Positions 21,985 through 35,891 of a DNA stretch of 64,000 nt are shown one piece after another. The number at the start of each line of letters is the position of its first letter. Within the stretch, counting starts at the first letter, position 1. The stretch spans positions 2,047,249-2,111,248 of the forward strand of contig NW_003314273.1 of NCBI RefSeq assembly GCF_000143415.4. The letters are read 5' to 3'. The notes under the pieces are model-generated. The model was not told the origin of the DNA, ran no database searches, and worked only from the letters and a program-made list of their open reading frames with translations. This stretch comes from Selaginella moellendorffii (lineage: Eukaryota > Plantae > Lycopodiophyta). The translations under genes and the position numbers were made by a program.

Positions 21985-23277
21985 TCAGCTTGAATCTTCA
22001 ACCACGTCGATCCCGGCCTCCTCGTAAGTTAAGATATCTGCATCCTTGTCGAAGAGGTCCCAATCCGGCTCTCCCCAGTTCATGAACGCTTTTGCTCGAT
22101 CCAGTCTTGCATTCACGATGTCCCAGTTTACTAGATGCTCCAGGAATGTAGACACGTAGTCTGGCCTGTTGTTCTGCGGGATGTGAGTTAACATTATTAG
22201 CTCGAGAGATGGGAGAAACTCTAATCTATACTCACTTGGAAATCGAGATAGTAAGCGTGCTGCAAAAACCAAAGAAGCGAGCGAGTTAGATCCAAACAAA
22301 GAGAGTAAAAAAGTCTTTATACCTCCCAAACATCGAGCACAAGCAATGGCTGCAATCGAGAGGTAGCGGTGACATGTTATTCAAAGGAAAAAAGAGAGAA
22401 GAAAGAATTTCAAAGGCTTACAATGTGATCCCAAATGAGAGGATTAATAGCGTTTGGAGTTTTCTCAACGACCAGCTTCGCTTCCTTCACTGCAGGTATT
22501 CTCAAGTCACAATCCACAACAAAACGGATAAAACGAAAGAGATGAAAGAAAAAATAGGAACTCACGAGCAAGCCATGCCCAACCAGCACCAAATTGAGAA
22601 GCTGCCGCGAGCTTGAACTCCTTGACAAAATTATCGTAAGAGCCAAGCTGCTTGTCAATAAGCTCGGCAATCTCGCCAGTCGGAGATTTGCCACCTCCAG
22701 GCTTGAGAGAAGTGAAGAAGAAATCGTGATTCCAAGCCTGAAAAACAACAAAGACAGGTTATCATCAGCTCAAAGAAAAAAAAAAGTTCTTAGTCCGAGA
22801 GAAAAAGAAACAAGGAAGACAAAAGAGCTCGGTTCTACTTAGTCTGAGAGAAAGAGAAAAAAGAAGGAAGAAAAACGGAGTACCTGCGCTGCATTGTTGA
22901 ATGCCGGTTGGGGGCTTCCTCTATTGTAACTTATCTTGACAATGTCTTCCAAGAGATAGCCCTCGAGCGGAGTATTTGCGATTTGCCTGTTTAGATTCTC
23001 AATGTATCCTCGCTGGTGCTTTCCCCAGTGGACCTCCAGCGTCTTCTTGCTCATGTAAGGCTCCAGCGCACTCTGGAGGAATGGATCCAGTGAGGAAGCT
23101 AAAACCCTAGACAAAACCCACCGATTCGTAGGGAAGCGCCGGCAATGCAAACTTCGCCCGCGCGATTCCGCCGCGGTTGCATTGCGATCTCTTCGACCCG
23201 CCGCGATTGGAAGAAATCCGTGGAGGAGCGATGGAGGCGATCGCCGCCGCCGCCGTCGCGCAGCACCCGGGCGGCAT
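21985..23277 (-). CDS. FSD3: Plastid Fe-superoxide dismutase, FSD3-like, multi-exon
   Basis: Transit peptide, [33 protein letters not shown]|[20 protein letters not shown]|HAYYLD. The C-terminal AFMNWGEP resembles FSD3. Confidence 0.88.
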
Positions 23278-23422
23278 AGCTTTGAAAATATTTCCCACTA
23301 AAACGCAAATTAGAGCAAGGTAGAAGAAAGAACCCTAGGTCCATTTTAGCCCTAATTTGAAACCCTAATTTGGGGAAGCGAGAGCGAGGGCGAGAGGGAG
23401 GGATAGCGCTCGCGGAATCGCA
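23278..23422. promoter_or_regulatory. 145-bp bidirectional promoter region with telo boxes
   Basis: AACCCTAG, GCCCTAA and AAACCCTAA lie between divergent ATGs. Confidence 0.55.
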
Positions 23423-24196
23423 ATGTCTGGCGCGATCGACAATTGGGGCGGCGACAAGGGCAATGCGGTGGAGGCGCGGCGCAAGCAGCCCAAGCATCTG
23501 TGGCGGATGAAGAACAACCAGGTCGGTAGCAGGCTCCAGGGGAGATTGGCGTACGAGCCGCCGCGGCTGAGCGATCTCCAGCACCAGAATCGCGTCAAGG
23601 CGCGGAAATACTTCCCAAAGAAGAAGTCCGCGCAGTCCCAGGCACAGGAGCACCCTCACGCCCCAAGAAACACGACCTCTTTCATCATGCGCGCCAAATG
23701 CTCCGGAGGGATCGCTCCCCCGACTCCGTCCACGCCGGCTGTGATCTCCACCCCGGATCTCTCCGGCGTGGCGTCGTATCGCGAGGGGATCACCGAGGAA
23801 GTGAACAAGGAATGGGGTGTCAATGGCTATGGCTCGATGAATGGTCTCATCCGGCTCAAGGAGGACAGGATCGACGACTCGGACAGCGAGAGCGACGTGG
23901 ATCAAGGCGTGCAATCCGTCCAGCAGCTAGAGCAGCGCCTCGATCAGGACCTCAACCGGTTTGAGATCCTCTACACGCCAGGAGCTGGCGATCAGGATAA
24001 CTTCTCGCTGGCTGGGATGCAACTCCACGATCAAGAGAACCATATTGCGCATCTGGAAGAGGAGAACTTGACGCTCAAGGAGCGGATCTACATCCTGGAG
24101 CAGCAGCTGGACGAGCTCAAGCAAAAGTTGGCGCAGCAGCAGAATAGCGAGAGCGTGGACGAGATGGAAGTTTGCTCCAGCGATGGAGCGACGTGA
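23423..24196 (+). CDS. PRL1-interacting factor A-like protein (coiled coil, HEXIM-like motif)
   Basis: 257-aa intronless ORF: KARKYFPKKK..PHAPRNTTSFIMRAK..GGIA..STPA..EWGVNGYGSMNGLIRL, acidic patch, C-terminal coiled coil. Confidence 0.8.
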   Translation: MSGAIDNWGGDKGNAVEARRKQPKHLWRMKNNQVGSRLQGRLAYEPPRLSDLQHQNRVKARKYFPKKKSAQSQAQEHPHAPRNTTSFIMRAKCSGGIAPPTPSTPAVISTPDLSGVASYREGITEEVNKEWGVNGYGSMNGLIRLKEDRIDDSDSESDVDQGVQSVQQLEQRLDQDLNRFEILYTPGAGDQDNFSLAGMQLHDQENHIAHLEEENLTLKERIYILEQQLDELKQKLAQQQNSESVDEMEVCSSDGAT

Positions 24197-25517
24197 AGAG
24201 GCCTCTTTCCTTTCGGGATTTCGACTCCTCGATGGGAAGCGATCGAGAATCGAGAATCGAGAAGGGTGGTGACGATCCGGCAGGGAACGAACGAACGTTA
24301 CGCAGCTTTTGATGGTACTTAACCTTGTAAGCTTTTTAAGTATGTGTCTACTAAGTTACTCTCTGTACAGCTCTGATCCATCCATCCGAGGTAAAAAAAG
24401 TTCTCTTGTTTTTTTTTCTTTCCTCTCTCTTTGCGTCTCGTGGTACTTTTGTGATTAAAGTTTCTGGGATCTCTTTTCGTTCAGCAGCAGTGATTCTGGA
24501 TCTTCTCTTCTTTTTTCAGCAGTGTCTGCACTCTCTCACTCACTCAGTAGTGTGTTTTTCTCAGTCACGATTGACACTTCTCAGATTAATTGCTTGCAGG
24601 TGGTTCGATTCTGTCTCCAAAAAATCTTATTGCTTGATCTCTCGCAAGCTCTATCGAAGCAGACAAAACTCCGACTTTGCTCTCTCCTGGACTATAAAGA
24701 CGAATCGCATTAAGACGATACGTATCAGTCATGAATCGAGAGACCACGAGAAAGGTCTTGCGTATATTTCTTGTTGATTTTCCTTGTTTAAACTTCTCTT
24801 TCGACGTCTAGCTGGTGCTGGTCGGATAGTATCTCGATCGAGATTGTTGTTTGGTTGGCTTGTTTGATGGATTAAATGGATTGCCTCCTTGTTTGTTTGC
24901 TGGATGTTCTCACAAAAACTTATCGCCCTTTCCAAGATCTGATCCGATCTGTATTCATCTTAATTTCTGAGAGATGTTCAAAGAGAAAAGAGGCTAAAAT
25001 TCCTATGAGAAATTCCAGAAATCAATCCGTACTGAATGTGCTATAACTTGTCAAAACTCGGAACAATGCTCCAAACACTTCAGAGAATTTTGAAATTATA
25101 AAGTTGCACTCTTAAGAATGGAAGTTCTTCTCCCAAGACCGAGAAATCTGTGAACCAGTATCAGAGCCTGAAACCAGCTCGATGGGATGATTTAAACAAT
25201 CGAAACACACAATAAAATGTATCACATTTCGTCGCTGGACGATGCAGATTCTAGAACAAAAGTCTTCCATGGTTGTCATGTCCCTCCCAAAGCTATACTT
25301 TTTAGATCTTCTGTTGCCTTAAACACGTTGTGATCTAGCTTCGTATCTTATAAGTCTTTCATTGAATTATAAGCCTTGGGAAAAATAAGACTGAGAAATC
25401 AGAAAAAGAAAAGTTATTTTATTGTAAGTATAAAAGGTGGGATAAGCGTGGAAGTTGGGGAAGTTAGATAACTTCCTCTTGTCCATTTCAGCTGAATCCC
25501 GTGGCCATGCCGGCTGA

Positions 25518-27089
<1,572 letters not shown>

Positions 27090-27244
27090 GCGGCGTGTGA
27101 TCATGTCCAAGCACCATGGGACAATTTTCCTGTTCTTTGTTACCGAGCTAGCACCACAGTTTCAAAGATAGAGCAAGAGATTAGCAAGAGTTATGCTTTT
27201 AAACGAACTTGTTTCCTGAAAACAAAGCTTATTCCAGGCGACTT

Positions 27245-28560
27245 TTACATTCCGAGCACCATTTTCATTTGATTCTCCCAGTGCTCCTTAACTTTCTGGA
27301 CGCGTTCCACGCGTTCTTTCTTCAGTCTCTCGTCCCAATAATCCCCAATTGAGAAAGACTTTTGCACTTGCCCAAATAAAAGAAACTGAAAACCAACCTG
27401 TTTCTGATCATCAAGTTCAACTCCGTGAGTAAAACCGCGGTCAGGTACACGCCAGGCTGCACGATGGGAGTCAAAGAAAAGAAAAAAAAAGTTCACATGC
27501 TAACTGTGCGTTGATAAAGTTTTTTTACCTGTCGACAAAGCGGACACTTAGCCTCCTTGGTGGCAGACTTGACGCCTTGAATAGTTGGAATGGAGGCCGG
27601 AGAACAAGCACAGGTACTGCAAAAGAGATGCCCGCAGCCCAGAGCCACTGGATCAAACAGTGTTTCCAATCGATCTCGTCTTACCAGACAGATCGAGCAT
27701 GTAAGATCCGCTTCAAAAGCTTGCGTAACTTGCGTAGCTTATGTAACTTATCCTCTCCCATAGGACTGGCACACTGCTCTTGTGAATGTGGCGATTCCAA
27801 GGCTACTCTCCAGAGTACGCTCTCACCACTGCGCGCGCTACTCTCGCCATTTTTCCCATCCTTCTTAACCTTGAGGCCATTTTCACCTTTCTCACCATCC
27901 TTTTCATCCTTGAGGTTGATGTAGAGAGCAGTTAGCTCGATCAGCCATGGGGACTGGAGGAGCTCCTCGTGCATGGATTGCAGTCGTGTTTTAAAAGCTT
28001 GCCCTGCTATTGAGCAATGCACCTGGCCATCCAAGTAGCGAAAAAGAAGCAAGTGAGGCTCCGTGCTAGCAAAGAAATACCTTGTCATACTTCTTTAGTA
28101 TCTTGCGCATGGCCATGGCGTTCATCGAGGATAGTTTACCAAGTTTCTTCCCTGATGGACCATCGTGTCATGATCTCTGCCAAAGTTGTGCCTCATGCGC
28201 AGTAGCATCCTCTGTAACTTGGGAGAGAGGTGGAATTCCAGGAGCTGCTGTGTGCAAGATTTGAAACAGCCCGAAATCTCCTGGAGCAAAATTGGGGAAA
28301 AAATTACTGGTGATAAAGAAAACAAAAGAAAACTCAATCGCGATGAGAATGTGAGCTTTACCTGGACACGCGATGGGGCCATTGCACGCCACAGACGATG
28401 GATCGCCGGCCGGTGGCGCCTTGAGGAGCTCTTGGCGGACGAAATGCTTGAGAGTATTTTTGTGGCGCTTGAATTCCACGCACGAGCACCCCTTGAGAAG
28501 GCGACCATCCAGAGACTTCTTCCACTCGGCTGCTTCCTTGTGCTGTTCTTGCTTCCAAAG
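27245..28560 (-). pseudogene. SPX-RING E3 ligase (NLA/BAH1-like) pseudogene
   Basis: [76 protein letters not shown]. There is a 1-nt frameshift at ~28130, the intron at ~27670-27690 has lost its AG acceptor, and no start is recognisable. Confidence 0.8.
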
Positions 28561-29289
28561 CTCGCTCCACGTGATCAGGACATCCCTCGCAATGGGATAT
28601 TGATTTTCCCTGTGTCTTTCCACTAAGAAGATTTTAACACTTAATAAAATTACACCATGTCAGATCTTCTATTATCCTAATAAATGAATCCATCTAGTCA
28701 CGTGTGGGTAAGTGGCAGGCGCCCAATTTTCTTGTAACCAATTGCTATGTAATAAAAATTTGTCACATGGCTTATCAATGCTGACTAGTCACCATGTCAA
28801 AATACTAGTCTATTCCTCCCTCTCCAATCTTTCTGATGTTTCAAAAGTTGAATCTTGCTAGTGAGGGCTCCTTTCTATACATCTAATGCACCAGAAAAAG
28901 GATTCCAACAAGCTACTTTATGAATCAAACTAGAATTCAAATTTGAACAATGAGTCATAAGTATTGCAAACTCAAACCTGCTTATGTGGCAACTTAAAGC
29001 TACTAAATAGAATATATCACAATTTAAAATAGTGGCCAGACTTAGTATACTTTAGAAGGTACTTTAGCTAAACAAACTTAAAGTGACAAGCTCTAATAGA
29101 ATGCAATCTTCCAGCTAAAAACTACTAACAGGTGGAAAGAGGGAAAGAGGGCCTAAGTTAAATGGCAGCTCTAACCTCTGTAGTAGTGAAGTATTGATTT
29201 CTTCTTTTACTATTATTTTGGGTTAGTGCAACACCATTGATTGTTTCATGAGCATAAACACTAAAAAGGTTTTGTAAGCAATTAAAAAG

Positions 29290-29780
29290 AACAATTTGAG
29301 AAATGATCCATAAAAAAGGTTCAAATATAAAGGGATAAAGCTCATGAATAAAAGGTGCACCTTTTTTTTAATTGGTTAAATATCTTGGGATATTTAGATT
29401 TAGGTAATACTAACCTCCCAAGAAGTTGAAATTTAAGAGCTTTTAAAGGGCTATTTGTTGGCTAGGGGAATCACACTATATATTGAAATTAGTTCAATTT
29501 AATCTAATTAGGCTCGATTGAAGGGGTAAGGTGTTAAGAGAATGAGGCTCTTGGGAAAGTTACAACTTTCATCTTCTATTTACAAGAGCATGTTTGTAAG
29601 GAAATGTAATAGATTCTAAGTAACAAAAGATAATAACTCAAGAAATGAAATTTAAATATGAAAGAAAAAAGTTTATGAATAAGAGTACACCCTTTTTTTC
29701 TTTTTACTGATTAAAGGTCTTTAGATTTGAATAGTATTAGGTTAGATGACCTTTCAATAAATTCAAATTTAAGAGTTTAT
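29290..29780 (+). repeat. Two tandem decayed copies of an AT-rich dispersed repeat, also present at ~915-1070
   Basis: Shared ttcaaatat..atgaataa(g/a)ag(g)t(a/g)cacc..ttaaa..aatttaagag pattern. Confidence 0.45.
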
Positions 29781-32700
29781 AATTTTTTGTTGCAATCTTT
29801 GACAATTCCACTATGTAAGATTCATACAACACAACACTTTCTTTTTCTAGATATCCTGATGCTAAATTTGTTACATCCCCATATTAAATAACCCTAAGAA
29901 TTTAGATTAATTAGAGGTGGTATAATTAATATTCTTAGAATATTTGAATATACTTTAGGATATTTTTTAATATAATACTTGTAATTTTTCACACTTTAAA
30001 CTTTTATAATTATTTTCTGTTTAAACATTTATAGAAATCATATTATAGTTAAGGGATTTCCAGGGAGAAATTCCCTAACAATCTAGCAGCCTAGCTGCCA
30101 TTTGAGCATAAACTCTGAAAAATTCACTATTTTATACTTCTTCTTAAAATTTCTTTAATTATACATTTTTGTATGTATCTATTAGTTTGTTATATTTATA
30201 AAAAAAATTGTCCTAAAACCATTTGGTTGACCAACTAGTTTACCCATACAATTTGGCTACTGAATGTTTTTTACTGATCACATCAATGATTTTCTTATAA
30301 AAACTATTCAACTTGTTAAGATTGCCCTAAAAACCATTATGGTTAAATGTTTTTTCACAAAGATCATTAACTGACCAAATAGTTTATAAATAAAAATAAT
30401 AATCCAAATGTAACATATTTTATTTCTCTCCTCTTAAGCTTGCTAAAAAAAGCAATTATTTTATGACCTTTATTAATTATTTTATCCCTACGGGTTTTTA
30501 GGATTTACAATCAGAATTCTTAAAATAACCGGTTTTTTTAGATGTTAATATCCTTATTAAATATTACTGAAACAGCCTAAATGAAACAGCCTGTTTCATT
30601 CTTTTAACCTTCATTTTTATACTAATCCTTCTATTGTATAAATTAAATGCTCTATATAAGGGAATAAGTCATCCACCTATAGTATAGTTTTATAATGAAC
30701 TCTTTTGTTAATAGATGCTTTATAAAATAAAGGATGTACTCATGGATGCTAATAAATATTATTTCAATTTTAAGGGTGTTTAAGAGTAAATAGCTATTAA
30801 AGGTTTCTCATCAATCAATTACCCTTTTTCTAGCTAGCTTAAGTGGAAAACTATGTGTTATATGTGGTAAGAAGATATATTATATTATAATTAACCACTA
30901 CTTAATGGGAATTTTAAAACAAAGCCAAAATTCAGCATTCTAGTGGTCTATTGCAAGAATATAGGTAGTATTGTATAGAATTTGGGTTTAAATCCAAACT
31001 AAACACAAAACAAAAAGTGACACACTCAACAAAGAGCAAAACAATATCTCAAATAATCAATTATCCCTTTGGCCACTCTTACTATATGAAAGAAAGCTCA
31101 CTTTGTGCTTTCATCCCAATCCTTTATTTTTTGAAGATAGTCTTTAGAAGAAACTTAAAATTTTATTAAATATAGACTAGTGTTGGATTATGAATTTAGA
31201 GTTAGAAACATGTTCAAAACACTCTTTACATTCTATGGATATATATAATTAACAATTATTGACACCTTTCATAGATAGTCAATATGACCAACTTATGGGG
31301 TATCATAATGAGAGTGCTAGGTGGATATAATAAACTATTATTTGAAGGACTAAATTTAATAGAGATTTTCAACACTAGCAAATGCAAGTCAATATAAATT
31401 TATTTTCATAAGACCAAGTATGTTTAACTCAATGGTAATTTAAGATTTCCTTCTTTAGTCTCTTATAGTTTAAGTGCACATATAATGATTAATTTCTCAA
31501 ATAACTCGAGTTGAAATTGATAAAGGGTCTAATACTACATGGTCTCTTGCTAATATAGTAGTAAGAGGTAATATCTTTAAGGACTTATAAACAAGTAATT
31601 TTTGATACTTACAATCACATTCATAATAATAATGACATTCCATAGTTTTGTAGCATTTTTCAGGCTTGTATCTAGCCCAGGACCCTCTAGTTCTTGTTAG
31701 AGGTGTTTTAGGCTGAAAAATCTTCTAGATTTCTTAGTTCTTTCATATTTTCTTTCATTTTCTTCTTTGTTTTGTGCAATTTTAACTTTCAACTACAAAT
31801 TCTCTTTCTTTGAAGATTCATTTTTTGTGCCATTTGTTTCTATAGGTAGATCTACTTCCAAGCTTTCCAACAGCATGTAGATTTTTAGTTTTGCTCCCAA
31901 TTTCACAATATGCAAAAACCTCTTAACCCAAGAATCCTTGTTTGAGTGGCTTCCTTTCTTTTTTGTTTGAGTGCCTTTTTTTTAAGAGTTTCCTCTTGTG
32001 GATTCTTTCGCAAACTTCTAGATCTCTTTGAGAGAGTTTTTTAGACATAAGTTTTATCATTTTTTGTTTAATATCAACTATGTTTGAGTGAATTTTCTTT
32101 TACTTGGGAGTTGTCTTTTTTTTTTCCTTCTCGCTGGTGAAGCACTCATCTTTCCTTGCTACAATTTTAGATACCTATAGAAAGCCCTCAACAAGATCTT
32201 TATACCCATACAACAAAATATTCAAATTTGGGCACATACAAATTGTTTCTCTTCCTTGGTTTTCTTTTTGAGTTTTACATGGTTCTCTTCATCACAGAAA
32301 AGGTTTCTTGGCTTCTTAAATTCTAGTTTTGAGCTCCTCTTTTTTTATAGAACCCTCATGCCCAATATTTCACTATAGATCTTTTACTTCATGCTTTGAT
32401 GTAATACCCTTCCATGCTATTTGTGGTTACAACTTTGGAGTAGTCCTTGGTTTATCTTTTGAGTGGCACATTGGAGTTTCCTCTTTACATCCATCTTATT
32501 TTCTTCTCTTTTACTCAATTGGTATCAATCTTTCTTCATGACAAATACCACTCCTTTCTTGTTTTTGACTTCATTTTTTAAGTCCATTTTGTGAGAGCAG
32601 TAGTACAGATTGATAGGAGGAGCATGTGTTTAGTAGCAAAGGTATAATCAAGCAAGTTTGGCATCAATATCTCAAAATCTTCACTCAACTTTGTGGTGAT

Positions 32701-34299
32701 AGCAAATGCCCCAACCCAGAAAATGCAATTAAAGATGTGTCAATGGGCCCAAAGTTAGTTCCTTAAGGATGTGTGCATCCCCCTCTTTTAGCACATTTTT
32801 TGGCCAAGTATTTATCACATTTCTGGATCATTGTAAAGATTCCTTTCAAGCTGGCATCTTTAGCAACTAGAACCTATGTTAACTTTGCAATAGCTTCATG
32901 GTTTTTGAGCAATGGCTACTTACTTCATCTCTAAACACCATCCAACACTTTTTTTCTCCTCTTTCAATATTGTTTCAACAAAGCATTTGCAATGTAACAT
33001 ATGTGAGCACTAAATGAGATTTGGATATACTATCACTGTGGATCCAAATGTATAGTAAGAATAATGGGTAGGTCAGACATAACTGACCAACTTGAAGTAT
33101 AGTTTAACTCCTGCTTACGTGCCTGTCCTTTTTTTACATTTGGGTTAAGTCTAAGCCCAAATTCCATTCTATGCTAGTTAATAGAGTACTCATATCTTTG
33201 CATTAGACCATTAGTATGCTTAAATAATATTAGACTTTATTTGGCTTTATTTTATATGTTGGTCTTGGCATTGGGATGTTAAATGCTCTAGAATTATTTT
33301 TATATCACTCTGTGCTCTTGCCTCTTTGCTCTTTGAGTTGTATACTTGAGAGTCACTCCATGCCACTTCCTTCACTCTTTGGCTTCATATTTAGAAGTTT
33401 GGCTCTATCCCTTCATTCAGTGGCTCAAGGCCTTAAAACTCAAGTTCCACTCCACTACTCTTTGACACGTGGTATATGGCATATGCCATATGCCATATGG
33501 AGGGTTTAGGTTCTATTTCATTATTATTCTATAGTAAATCACTATATGAAAACCACATGCCCTACAATTCATCTTTAGTCAAAGATTCCCTTTATTTGGC
33601 ATTTATGGCATCTAGAGCATCTTAGCATTCTTTGAGTAGTAGATCATGGATTCTTGTGTATTAGAGTTTTATACAATCCTCTTGTAGTTACCTATTGAGA
33701 TCTAGAGCTGCAAAGATTCTGGGTGGGCATTTGTAGTAGGGTTGATCATGTGAGTCAAAAGTAACCTTAAGGGTATAAGGTCGTTCCGCACCGACCCCCT
33801 AACCCATAATGGGTTAGGGGGTGAAATTGTTTTCACATTGAATACCTAGTTAAGGGGTTCTAACTTTTACCCAAGAGTTTTTTTAAGAGTAGGGTTTCCA
33901 CACTTAAACTCTTAGTTAGGGGGCAACAAAATTTCTATGTAAAATTTAAAGGTCCTCCCTAGGACCCTTAAGTTTATATTCTCTCTCTTCTGTGCACAGT
34001 TGCTTGTCATGTCAATTGCGTGCCTTAACTTGGCACCCTAACTTTGGGCAAGAGTGGCTGTGTCTATAGTGTGAGGAGCAGGGCATTTTGGGCTCCTCCC
34101 AAGCATGGAAGGAAGCCCCAACACTTCTTCAAGTTTTAATCAGCAACAACAACAAGTATTCTCTATTCTCTCCTTCTTTATTCATGCATTCATGCACATC
34201 ATTTAGGTTCAACAAGTTTAACAGCAAGATGAAGAAGAAGCCCTTTCTTCTGCAGCCCCTTCTTCAACAACTCTTTCTACAGTGCTTCCAACTGACTAA

Positions 34300-35710
34300 G
34301 GTTTCCAACCTAGCCAGAATCTTCATTTTAGCCTCTAGCCAAGCCATAATGAAGATTCTGGCCGTTGGGCTGATCAGCCCGGCCAGAATCTTCATTCTAG
34401 CTGTTGGGCTGGTCAGCCCAGCCAAAATGAACATTCTAGCAAGGGCTTCCAGCCCAGCCAGAATATTCATTCTGGCCGTTGGGCTAGTCAGCCTAGCTAG
34501 AATCTAGATTCTAGCTGTTGGGCTGGTCAGCTTGGCCACAATCCTGATTCTGTCCGCTGGTCTAGTCAGCCAGCCAAAATCTTGATTTTGGCCACTGGCT
34601 TGACCAAAATCAAGCTGGTCGTGGTTGTAGGCTCAAGTTTCAGCCTGGCCATTGGGCTGATCAACATGTGGAGCAAGGCACTTGGTCTCAATTTCCTACT
34701 ACAAGCAGCTGGCCTAAGGTCGATTCGCAGTTGGAATAGCCAAGTTCTGGCTCCCCGCTTGATAACGAGCAGAGAAGTGAAGATCAAAGGGCAGCTCTTG
34801 GTAAAGATAGACATGGAGGTAGAGTTGGTAGAGGTCGTGGATGTGCAAGCAGGTCTACAGGTGGTGGTGGTAGTGGTGGTGATTCAGATGTGGAAGATGT
34901 GGCAGCTCGACCAGAAGCAAAAAGGCAACGTTCCAAGAATTGGACACAAGAGGAGATTTGGGCCTTGGTGGAAATCAAGTGGCAGGAATATTAAGCATGA
35001 TGTGAGATGACAAGCAGGCAGCAAACAGCAACTGATGCAAAGCAGCATTAGCATATCATTGCCCAAGAAATGCAAGCTTAAGGATATGATCGTGATTGGG
35101 AACAATGCAAGAAGAAGTGGGAGAACATTTTAGGTGATTACAAGGCCATCTTTGATTACGAATGCAAGACTAGAGCAGCTCTTTATTCTTCATTGACACA
35201 AGCTAAAGTTCGGGAGTTCGACCTCCCAAATATGGATTTAGATCTTTACAAGCTTGTGGATAGTTTTCAACGGTAGAGATAGAATATTAGGCCAGAGTTC
35301 AGCTCTAATTTTGATGTTGCAGCACCTCCAACTCCTGATTCTACAACAACTGCCATGGGTATGGGTACAGATTCTGATTCAGATGCAGATGGGAATAGAA
35401 CTCTAGACAGCATAGGCAAGAAGAAGAATGCAGCAACTTCAATGGTGCAAGCAATGACCAAGAATTTGAAGTTGTAGCGGATGCAAATTGACATGAAGGA
35501 TATACAATTCAACGAGATGTTGGCTGTGTGACATGATGTATGCTTAACCATGAAGGAGGAGTTGCAAATGAAGAAGGAAGATAATGAGTAAACGCAACAG
35601 CACAAGAGGCAAGACTTTGATCATCATTATGAGTTGAAGCAAGGGCAGATAGATGCAATTAACCGTTTCACGACAATGATGGGCTAGATTGCACAACAAA
35701 TCATGAAGTT
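34300..35710 (+). pseudogene. Harbinger ORF1 remnant (Myb/SANT-trihelix) preceded by 39-bp repeats and an RGG-rich tract
   Basis: GYDRDWEQCKKKWENILGDYK at ~35080-35145, a coiled coil further downstream, and multiple stops. Confidence 0.7.
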
Positions 35711-35891
35711 GTAGAAGATTTGCATTTTTCATGCGGCATTTATTTGCATTACTTTATTTTGATTTTTTGTAGAATGATATTTTATTTATGATATGAATAT
35801 ACAAGTTACTCTTAATCAACGAAAAATTCGACTACTTTGCTGGCTTTTAATGTTTGCATTCAACTTCTTCATTTGGTTCATACTTGTGAAT

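Noticed and set aside
31640-32600. Possible decayed LTR ending at a TGGTATCA PBS-like site (~32520)
   Set aside because: No second copy or clear termini in the window, so boundaries cannot be supported.
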